Under the pieces are notes generated by a model. The model was not told the DNA's origin. It ran no database searches and worked only from the letters and a program-made list of their open reading frames with translations. Positions 20,551-27,752 of a DNA stretch of 64,000 bases are shown in pieces. The DNA is from Hyphomicrobiales bacterium. Its GTDB lineage: Bacteria > Pseudomonadota > Alphaproteobacteria > Micropepsales > Micropepsaceae. The first letter of the stretch is position 1. Each line of letters opens with the position of its first letter. The translations under genes and the position numbers were made by a program. The DNA lies in assembly GCA_040255365.1 (NCBI GenBank), contig JBDZUY010000010.1, positions 2,556 to 66,555 on the forward strand, in the 5' to 3' direction.

Positions 20551-20560
20551 AACCGAGCCC

Positions 20561-21445
20561 GTGATGCAAGGTCCGACATCCCATCTGTATTTTTCGCAAG
20601 GCTTGCGGCTGCACTATGTCGATTGGGGCCGCGAAGATGCACCCGCCTTGCTGTTAATCCACGGCGGGCGGGACCATTGCCGCAATTGGGATTGGGTGGC
20701 CAAACGTTTGCGCGACCGCTTCCATATCATTGCGCCGGATTTGCGCGGTCATGGCGACAGCGACTGGGCCATCGGCAGCGGTTACAACGAAATCAACTAT
20801 GTCTATGACATCGCCCAATTGGTGCTGCAAAAGCGCATGGCGCCGGTGACGATCATCGCGCATTCCCTGGGCGGCTCCATCGCGCTGCTTTATGCGGGCC
20901 TGTTCCCGGAAACGGTAAAGAAAATTGTTGCCATTGAAGGGCTTGGTCCATCGCCGGACATGCTGAAACGCAACCGTGAGACACCCATCGACCAGCGTAT
21001 TCGCCAATGGATCGAAAAGAAGCGCGAGGCCGCAGGCCGAAGCCCGCGCAAATACAAGACCATCGAAGATGCCATCACACGCATGCAGGACGAAAACAAA
21101 TATCTGAATGCGGAACAGGCAAAGCATCTGACCATTCATGGTGCGATTCAGAACGAAGACGGCACCTGGTCGTGGAAGTTTGACAATGCCGTGCGCATGG
21201 GTGGCGGCCCGGCCGGTCTGCCGTCTGAAGAACAGCGCGAAATCTGGAGCAAGATCGACGCGCCAGTCTTGCTGATCCGTGGCAGCGAATCCTGGGCGTC
21301 TGATCCCGCCGCCGATGGCCGCATCAAGCACTTCCAGAATGCCCAACTGGTCAATATTGACGGCGCCGGGCATTGGTCACACCACGACCGGCTGGATGTC
21401 TTTATGAAACACGTCGAAGCATTTCTGGCCGAACAGACGCCTTGA
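20561..21445 (+). CDS. alpha/beta-fold hydrolase
   Basis: 294 aa. Motifs HGGRDH and GHGDSDW, nucleophile elbow AHSLGGS, and a C-terminal GHWSHHD. Start is GTG 20561 or ATG 20564. Confidence 0.88.
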   Translation: MMQGPTSHLYFSQGLRLHYVDWGREDAPALLLIHGGRDHCRNWDWVAKRLRDRFHIIAPDLRGHGDSDWAIGSGYNEINYVYDIAQLVLQKRMAPVTIIAHSLGGSIALLYAGLFPETVKKIVAIEGLGPSPDMLKRNRETPIDQRIRQWIEKKREAAGRSPRKYKTIEDAITRMQDENKYLNAEQAKHLTIHGAIQNEDGTWSWKFDNAVRMGGGPAGLPSEEQREIWSKIDAPVLLIRGSESWASDPAADGRIKHFQNAQLVNIDGAGHWSHHDRLDVFMKHVEAFLAEQTP

Positions 21446-21648
21446 TGCGTGTATCTGCCCCGTTGCCCGGCTTGATGCAGGTTGAATACGCATTTCTGCA
21501 TTACGCGCGCGGCCGATAACAGCGCTCTGTGACCGCGGATATTGCTTTAATTGCCTGATTTTATGCTTGTTTAACCACTGTCCCGATATGGTGACGCGTG
21601 GCCGGGCTGATCTGTGCGGTCCATTTTGTGCGTGCGAAAGGGACTTCC

Positions 21649-22209
21649 ATGAAGGGCATCATTTTCAATCTTCTCGAAGAAGTTGTCACCGCCCAGCACG
21701 GCGAAGATGTTTGGGATGATCTTCTGGATGCCACAGGTCTTACCGGCGCCTACACATCGCTGGGCAGCTATCCCGATGCAGAAATCGAAAAACTTCTTAT
21801 CGCCGGGGCCGGCGCACTTAAAATGCCGCCGAACGAAGTTTTGCGCTGGTTCGGGCGCAAGGCCATGCCCCTGCTTGCCACGCGCTATCCCGCATTTTTC
21901 AGTCCGCATCGCACGACAAAATCGTTTGTGCTGAGTGTAAACGAGATTATTCACCCCGAAGTTCGCAAGCTCTATGCCGGTGCGCATTGCCCGAATTTTC
22001 GCTTTGAGCAGACGCCCGACGGTACGTTGTTGATGGGCTATAATTCGCCGCGCAAATTCTGTGCGCTGGCACAGGGTTTCATCGAAGGCGCGAGTGACCA
22101 TTTTGGCGAAACCGTTGATGTCACGCATCCCGAATGCATGCATCGCGGCGATGCCGCTTGCCTCCTCAGCGTTCGCACCGTTGCGGCGGAAGCGGCGGAT
22201 GCAGCCTGA
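21649..22209 (+). CDS. hnoX: H-NOX (heme nitric oxide/oxygen-binding) sensor protein
   Basis: 186 aa from ATG 21649 (MKGIIFNLLEEVV...). Proximal His102 is CAC at 21952-21954. The Y131-x-S133-x-R135 heme-propionate motif (YNSPR) is at 22039-22053. I verified both on the DNA. The numbering coincides with the Tt H-NOX reference positions. Confidence 0.85.
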   Translation: MKGIIFNLLEEVVTAQHGEDVWDDLLDATGLTGAYTSLGSYPDAEIEKLLIAGAGALKMPPNEVLRWFGRKAMPLLATRYPAFFSPHRTTKSFVLSVNEIIHPEVRKLYAGAHCPNFRFEQTPDGTLLMGYNSPRKFCALAQGFIEGASDHFGETVDVTHPECMHRGDAACLLSVRTVAAEAADAA

Positions 22210-23620
22210 CGTAACCGACAACGCAACAAAAATCGCACGGCTGGAACGAAAACTGGCGCGTGAACGCGCGACGCGTTTGCAGGCTGAAACGATTTCCGAA
22301 AAAGGCCTGCGCGATATTTACGAGCGCCAGCAGGAGCTGCAGCTCCTGGCCAAGATTGCTGCAAATTCCAACCAGACGATTTCCGCGGCAGAGGCTCTGC
22401 AATTCGCCGTCGTTCAAATCTGTGAATACACAAGCTGGGAAGTTGGCTTCAGCTATCTGGTTGACGGCACAGCAGATGCACAAGTTCTGAAGCCCACCGC
22501 CTTGTGGCATGCCGCACAGCGCGAACACATCGCAGAATTTCGCCAATTTACCGAAAGCATGACATTCACCCGCGGCGTCGGTCTTCCCGGCCGGGCCTGG
22601 GCAAACGGCAAGCCGCTCTGGATATTGGATGTAACGGACGACAGTAATTTTCCGCGCCGCCCCCTTGCGCTTAAAAATGGCCTGAAGGGTGCAAGCGCGT
22701 TTCCCGTTTTCTCTGGCACCGATGTGGTTGCCGTGCTGGAATTCTTTGCCTCCAACGCCCGCGAACCCAATGCCTCATTACTCGAACTGATGTCGCAAAT
22801 TGGCCAGCAATTGGGCCGCGTTATCGAGCGCCAACGCGCCGAAGATGCCATGCGCAAAACCAATCAGGAACTCACCACGGCGCGCGACAAGGCCGACGCC
22901 GCTGACAAGGCGAAATCAGCGTTTCTTGCAAATATGAGCCATGAGCTGCGCACGCCGCTGAATGCCATTATCGGGTTTTCAGAAATACTCTCCACACAGA
23001 TTTTTGGTCCGATCGGCAGCGAGCGCTATCTGGGTTATGCAACAGACATTCATAAAAGCGGTACACATCTGCTCGGCCTGATCAATGACATTCTGGATAT
23101 CTCGAAACTGGATGCAGCCAGTCTTGAATTGAAAGACGACAGCGTCGATCTCAAGGCCATGATTGAAGATTGCGTCCATGCGATGGAAGCACTCGCCAGC
23201 GACGCCAATATTCATCTGACCACGGAAGTTGATACCAGGCTGGGCAAAATTCGCGCCGATCACCGCCGCCTATTCCAGATATTCCTGAACTTGATGTCCA
23301 ACGCCATCAAGTTCACGCCGGAGGGTGGAAAGGTCGGTGTGTCCGTCAATGTGCAGAACGCGCATCTGGTCATCGCCGTCACGGATACCGGCATCGGCAT
23401 GGCACCGCAAGACATCCCGCGTGCACTCGAACGCTTTGGCCAGATCGACAGCACATTGGCGCGCAAATATGAGGGCACAGGCCTTGGCCTGCCACTCGTC
23501 AAGAACCTGGTGGAATTGCATGGCGGGCGCCTTGAAATTCAGAGCAAACTTGGCGCGGGAACCACAGCCTTTGTGTTTCTGCCGGAAGACCGGATTCTGG
23601 GCGCGTCACGCGCGGCCTAA
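22199..23620 (+). CDS. GAF-domain sensor histidine kinase (H-NOX-associated)
   Basis: ATG 22199 overlaps the H-NOX stop (22207-22209) by 11 nt. N-terminal coiled coil, GAF-like region (WEVGFSYLVD...GVGLPGRAW...VLEFF), H-box FLANMSHELRTPLNAI, N/G boxes (LMSNAIKFTPEGG, DTGIGM, GTGLGL). No TM segment and no receiver domain. Confidence 0.9.
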   Translation: MQPDVTDNATKIARLERKLARERATRLQAETISEKGLRDIYERQQELQLLAKIAANSNQTISAAEALQFAVVQICEYTSWEVGFSYLVDGTADAQVLKPTALWHAAQREHIAEFRQFTESMTFTRGVGLPGRAWANGKPLWILDVTDDSNFPRRPLALKNGLKGASAFPVFSGTDVVAVLEFFASNAREPNASLLELMSQIGQQLGRVIERQRAEDAMRKTNQELTTARDKADAADKAKSAFLANMSHELRTPLNAIIGFSEILSTQIFGPIGSERYLGYATDIHKSGTHLLGLINDILDISKLDAASLELKDDSVDLKAMIEDCVHAMEALASDANIHLTTEVDTRLGKIRADHRRLFQIFLNLMSNAIKFTPEGGKVGVSVNVQNAHLVIAVTDTGIGMAPQDIPRALERFGQIDSTLARKYEGTGLGLPLVKNLVELHGGRLEIQSKLGAGTTAFVFLPEDRILGASRAA

Positions 23621-23688
23621 ATGATGCGGCGCCACCCGCGCGGCGGGCACGCAAATTGGGTTGGTGGGCGGCGATTTGCAGATAAAAG

Positions 23689-23763
23689 TGGTGGGCGCGA
23701 CAGGGATCGAACCTGTGACCCCCTCCATGTCAAGGAGGTGCTCTCCCGCTGAGCTACGCGCCC
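23689..23763 (-). tRNA. tRNA-Val (anticodon GAC)
   Basis: Hand-folded 75-nt cloverleaf: GGGCGCG/TA/GCTC-AGCGGGA-GAGC/A/CCTCC-TTGACAT-GGAGG/GGGTC/ACAGG-TTCGATC-CCTGT/CGCGCCC-A-CCA. Confidence 0.93.
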
Positions 23764-23845
23764 GCTCCAAACGGGGGCGAACCTATAACGCCCGGCCTGC
23801 ATTGCGGCAAGCCGGGCGGCACGGGCTTTTGCACATTATATGAGC

Positions 23846-24466
23846 CTAGCGGGCGTTTTTCAGGCTGAAGGTCACATCAGCCAGCGTCGTGCTGGTCACG
23901 GCCGAACCGCCCTGAATGGCCGGTTTATAGCGCCAATGAGCGATCACCCAGGCAGCAGCGGTCTTGTCCAGCTCATCTGTACCGCTGGATTTCACAATTG
24001 CCGCATCAACCACCCGGCCCTCAGGCGAGATGGTCAGCTTCAGACGCACTGTGCCTTCCTTGCCCATGCGGCGCGCCATCACTGGATAGGGCGGACGTGT
24101 GTGGGTGCTGGTTACACTCGAAACCGCACTATCGCTCACAGCGTTTTCCGCCGGTGCCAGATCAATGGTCTGGTTTGACGGGGGCTGGGCAATATCAATT
24201 TCGGGCACGGGCACCGTATCAACCTTGGGCTGATCCATCGCCACTTTGGGCGGCGGCGCCACATCCGGCTTTTTCTGGTCCGGCGGCGCAATTACTTCAG
24301 CCTGGAGCACATGCGGCACCACTTTCACGATCTTTACGGCCAGACCATTGGCCAGCGCATAGATCGCCGCCACATGAATTGCCACGACAAGCCCGACACT
24401 GAGATAGCGCCGCAAGGGGCTTTTGACCGGCATGCCGATATGCGTAACCGCATCGAATTTCTCCAT
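23846..24466 (-). CDS. tonB: TonB family protein (stand-alone copy)
   Basis: N-terminal TM (YLSVGLVVAIHVAAIYALA), Pro-rich spacer (PPDQKKPDVAPPPKV), and a C-terminal TonB domain (PPYPVMARRMGKEGTVRLKLTISPEGRV...W.YKPA). The ATG at 24466 is preceded by GGGAGG. The track ORF extends to 24550. Confidence 0.8.
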   Translation of the reverse strand: MEKFDAVTHIGMPVKSPLRRYLSVGLVVAIHVAAIYALANGLAVKIVKVVPHVLQAEVIAPPDQKKPDVAPPPKVAMDQPKVDTVPVPEIDIAQPPSNQTIDLAPAENAVSDSAVSSVTSTHTRPPYPVMARRMGKEGTVRLKLTISPEGRVVDAAIVKSSGTDELDKTAAAWVIAHWRYKPAIQGGSAVTSTTLADVTFSLKNAR

Positions 24467-24637
24467 CATGACCTCCCGCATCCAAGGGGTGGCCGGAAAA
24501 TCCGGCCAAACCGAGCCAAACGACCCGGACAGGACAATGACAGGCCGCAAATGGGGCCATCTGCGGGCCCATGCAGGGCGATTTTCAGGACAAAATCGGG
24601 ATACTCGGCCCCAATTGGGGCATATCGGCAGCGCCCG

Positions 24638-24997
24638 TCAGGCCGCAACCATGCGTTCAACCTCGGCCACGATCTCGCGCAGGTGAAATGGCTTGGAGAG
24701 CACCTTGGCCTGTTTGGGCGCATCCGACGACGGATGCAGCGCCACAGCGGCAAAGCCGGTGATGAACATGATCTTCATTGCACTGTTGATTTCGGCGGCA
24801 CGCTTGGCCAGTTCAATGCCATCCATGCCGGGCATCACGATATCTGTGAGTAAAAGATCGAAGCGAAACCCCTTCAGGCAATCATAGGCCTCGGTGCCAT
24901 CGCCAAAATCGGTGACATCATGGCCAGCCTTGACCAGCGCCTGAGCCAGGAAACGGCGCAGCGATTCATCGTCTTCTGCCAGCAGAATTTGCGCCAT
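24638..24997 (-). CDS. cpdR: single-domain response regulator CpdR
   Basis: 119 aa from ATG 24997. It is near collinear with Caulobacter CpdR as I recall it (ILLAEDD...RRFL..AL.KAG..V..F..G..A......F.LLLTDIVMP.MDGIELA.RA.E....KIMFITGFAAVAL......P..AKVLSKPFHLR). Confidence 0.85.
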   Translation of the reverse strand: MAQILLAEDDESLRRFLAQALVKAGHDVTDFGDGTEAYDCLKGFRFDLLLTDIVMPGMDGIELAKRAAEINSAMKIMFITGFAAVALHPSSDAPKQAKVLSKPFHLREIVAEVERMVAA

Positions 24998-25195
24998 GGC
25001 TACCCTTCGCCCCTTTGTCGGCACTAAAACCTATATCTGTGAAACGGTAAATGCCGGTTAACGCAATCATTGGCGCCTTTGGGCCGCTTTGGGGCATCTT
25101 TGGGGTCACTTTTGGGCGGGCCTGAAGAATGCTTGATCGGGCACGATGCTTAAGGTCCACTAGGAAAATCAAGCAGGTGAATCGGGCGGAGAACA

Positions 25196-26185
25196 ATGAT
25201 GGCGGGCCCAGTATCCGGGCATTTTGAAACGCAAACCGGCGCAGCCTGCGATGCAGACACGCCATCACACGATTCTGAGCAAACCACATCTGATTCTGCG
25301 CTGACCGCATTAATCGACGCACCCTTCCGTCTTGTGCGCCCGCTGAAACAAACCGTGCCTTTTATCTTTGCATCCCCCCATTCGGGCCGGGTTTATCCGG
25401 AAAGTTTTGTTCGCCAAAGCAGACTGGGCCCGGTCACGCTGCGCCGTTCGGAAGACGCTTTTGTGGAAGATTTGTTTGCCGCCGCTGCCGGACTTGGCGC
25501 GGCCTGTATCGCTGCCGAGTTTCCGCGCGCCTATTGCGACGTCAATCGCGCACCGGGCGAATTGGACCGTGAGATGTTTGAGGGCGCATTGAGCGTCAAT
25601 GTGGATACGCCCACCGCACGCGTGAACGCCGGGCTTGGCGTGGTTCCGCGCATTGTGCGCGACGGTGCGGAAATCTATCGCGAGCGGTTACCCCCAGATG
25701 AAGCCGCCAAACGGCTTTCACATTTTTACCGGCCCTACCACACACAGCTCTTGCGTCTGGTCGAAGAAACGCGGGCGCAATTCGGTGTTGCTGTGGTGAT
25801 TGATTGCCACTCCATGCCGTCCGCCGCTGCTGTGCCCGATATCGTTCTGGGGGACCGCTATGGCATGGCCGCCACACCAGCATTAACACGCCGTGCCGAG
25901 CGCGCCTTTGAACGGCGTGCCTTTACGGTGGGACGCAATGTTCCTTACGCAGGTGGTTACACCACCCAGCTTTATGGTCATCCGGCGCGTGGCGTTCATG
26001 CGCTTCAGGTAGAGGTGAACCGCGCGCTCTATCTCGATGAAGAACGCATCGTACGCAGTGCACGATTTGAGGATATCAAGCGGCGGATCGGCGAAGTGAT
26101 GCTGGAATTGACGGCTCTTGAGCCAGCGCTACTACAACCCAATGGTGGCAATCGCAGCCAGCCAGGCGCACTGGCTGCTGAATAA
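25196..26185 (+). CDS. N-formylglutamate amidohydrolase family protein
   Basis: 329 aa. FGase-family motifs are present: FASPHSGRVYPE, YCDVNR, IDCHSM, NVPYAGGYTT. Divergent from cpdR, an arrangement I recall as common in alphaproteobacteria. Confidence 0.82.
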   Translation: MMAGPVSGHFETQTGAACDADTPSHDSEQTTSDSALTALIDAPFRLVRPLKQTVPFIFASPHSGRVYPESFVRQSRLGPVTLRRSEDAFVEDLFAAAAGLGAACIAAEFPRAYCDVNRAPGELDREMFEGALSVNVDTPTARVNAGLGVVPRIVRDGAEIYRERLPPDEAAKRLSHFYRPYHTQLLRLVEETRAQFGVAVVIDCHSMPSAAAVPDIVLGDRYGMAATPALTRRAERAFERRAFTVGRNVPYAGGYTTQLYGHPARGVHALQVEVNRALYLDEERIVRSARFEDIKRRIGEVMLELTALEPALLQPNGGNRSQPGALAAE

Positions 26186-26225
26186 CAATAGCCCGCCATA
26201 TGGCGGGCATTCCCATAACGCCCCC

Positions 26226-26254
26226 AAAAAAAGGCCGCTCCAAAAGGAGCGGCC
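26226..26254 (-). terminator. orphan rho-independent terminator (minus-strand orientation)
   Basis: On the minus strand it reads GGCCGCUCC-UUUU-GGAGCGGCC followed by UUUUUUU (plus-strand A-run 26226-26232). There is no minus-strand gene upstream of it. On the plus strand the hairpin is followed by AAGTTTAGGG, which lacks a U-tract. Confidence 0.7.
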
Positions 26255-26362
26255 AAGTTTAGGGAGGAAACGCCCAGGAAGGGCGGTGCGGCGGGCAGAA
26301 CAGATGTTCGCCATACCGCGGTGCACAATATCGCAGCTAGAAACCCGGGTTACAAGAGCCAA
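26226..26362 (-). ncRNA. candidate small RNA with CCUCCC seed (hypothetical)
   Basis: About 135 nt between an AT-rich promoter-like stretch (TTGGTA 26393-26388 / TACAAT 26368-26363) and the orphan terminator. It contains the hairpin CGCCC-UUCCU-GGGCG (26271-26285). An unpaired UUUCCUCCCUAAACUU (26255-26270) lies directly before the terminator. No credible ORF is present. The 5' end is a guess. Confidence 0.3.
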
Positions 26363-26680
26363 ATTGTAATATTTCGCGGACAAAATGTACCAATTTATAC
26401 ATTATATACAGTGCTTTATCAGGACACTGTAACGGCGGCACCCCTCAGGGAAATTTGCGTGCGATGCAGCAAAATCGCCAATTTTCACAATCTTTTTTCA
26501 TGCTTTTGCTGCGACGCACCACGAATTTCATACCCAATGGGCAACAAAGGCTGGCGCTATGCCTTTGCATAATTCTTCATCGCAAAAGCCCAGATTTCGT
26601 TGAAAACGGTGCGACCCATGTCAAAGATGCGCCAGAAAATCAGGAGATTCTCCCCTGCGCACCCCTCAGCAAGATCAACT

Positions 26681-27679
26681 ATGAAACTGTTGGTGGTGAC
26701 CGACGCCTGGGCCCCGCAGGTCAATGGCGTTGTCCGCACTCTGGAAATGCTGGGCCGTGATCTGGAAGCGATGGGCCACACGGTTGCTTACGCGACGCCT
26801 GAGGGCCGCTTTACGCTGCCATTGCCCAGCTATCCCGAAATCCGTCTGGCTGTGTTTCCACGCAAAAGCCTGGAGGCCCTGATAGACACTTTCCAGCCTG
26901 ATGCCATTCACATTGCAACCGAGGGCACGCTGGGGCTTTCCGCGCGGGCGATCTGTGTGAAGCGCAATCTGCCCTTCACCACATCGTTCCACACACGCTT
27001 TCCCGAATATGTGCGCGCACGCCTGCCCTTTGTACCGGCGTCCCTGCTTTATCGGTTTTTGCGCTGGTTCCATCGCCCAGCCACGGCAATGATGGTGGCC
27101 ACGCCGTCACTCGAAGCCGAACTGGCGGGCCATGGCTTCACGAATCTGAAATTGTGGTCGCGCGGTGTGGATGTCGAAACATTCCATCCGATCGAGGGGG
27201 CAACGCTGCCCTATGAGGGGCCGATCTGGCTCTATGTTGGCCGGGTTGCGGTGGAAAAAAATCTTGCCGCGTTTTTGCGGCTGGATTTGCCGGGCACAAA
27301 GATCGTGATGGGTGATGGCCCAAACCGGGCCGCACTGGAGCGTCAATTCCCCAAAACCCGCTTTCTTGGGGCCATGACGGGGCCGGATCTGGTGCACCAC
27401 TATGCGGCCAGCGATGTGTTTGTCTTTCCCAGCCGCACTGACACGTTTGGTCTTGTGATATTGGAGGCGCTGGCTTGCGGTGTGCCGGTCGCCGCCTTCC
27501 CGGTTCAGGGCCCGCGCGATGTGGTAGGCGATGCCGCCATTGCCTGTCTTGACGAAGACCTTGGCCGGGCCTGCATGGCCGCGCTCAGCATTTCGCGCGA
27601 TGCCTGCCGGGCCTTTGCCCTCGGCCGGTCATGGCGGGCCTGCACCGAGCAATTTCTGTCCAACCTGCCTGCGGATTGA
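26681..27679 (+). CDS. GT4 glycosyltransferase, SQD2/Agt-like
   Basis: 332 aa from ATG 26681 (MKLLVVTDAWAPQVNGVVRTL). Block-wise similarity to plant SQD2 and bacterial glycolipid GT4s: SFHTRFPEY, LWSRGVDVETFHP, YVGRVAVEKNL, MGDGPNR..LE, ASDVFVFPSRTDTFGLVILEALACGVPV. Confidence 0.85.
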   Translation: MKLLVVTDAWAPQVNGVVRTLEMLGRDLEAMGHTVAYATPEGRFTLPLPSYPEIRLAVFPRKSLEALIDTFQPDAIHIATEGTLGLSARAICVKRNLPFTTSFHTRFPEYVRARLPFVPASLLYRFLRWFHRPATAMMVATPSLEAELAGHGFTNLKLWSRGVDVETFHPIEGATLPYEGPIWLYVGRVAVEKNLAAFLRLDLPGTKIVMGDGPNRAALERQFPKTRFLGAMTGPDLVHHYAASDVFVFPSRTDTFGLVILEALACGVPVAAFPVQGPRDVVGDAAIACLDEDLGRACMAALSISRDACRAFALGRSWRACTEQFLSNLPAD

Positions 27680-27752
27680 AACTTGTGTATGGCACGTGCG
27701 TTTGGCCAAAGCCGTGCTAGTTTCGCGGCCTCGCAACGCATACCGGTTCTTT

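Noticed and set aside
21598-21648. N-terminal extensions of the H-NOX ORF (from 21598) and of the kinase ORF (22061-22198).
   Set aside because: H-NOX domains begin with MKG(I/M)(I/V)F, which is exactly the internal ATG at 21649. The kinase extension is merely the H-NOX gene read in another frame. The ATG at 22199 gives the classic overlapping-operon junction.
24491-24507. A hairpin GGCCGGA-aaa-TCCGGCC between the stand-alone tonB and cpdR.
   Set aside because: There is no U-tract on either strand, and it is located within the tonB leader. I could not assign a role.
25058-25072. A possible CtrA box (TTAA-N7-TTAA) upstream of cpdR: TTAACGCAATCATTG.
   Set aside because: The second half-site is ATTG, not TTAA. 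Only one half-site is present, so there is no call.
26321-26572. An 83-aa ORF (plus 26029-26328 and 26132-26383 on the minus strand) in the low-GC spacer.
   Set aside because: The translations are implausible (runs of Cys/Phe, no RBS). One runs straight through a strong terminator hairpin. I treat the region as non-coding.
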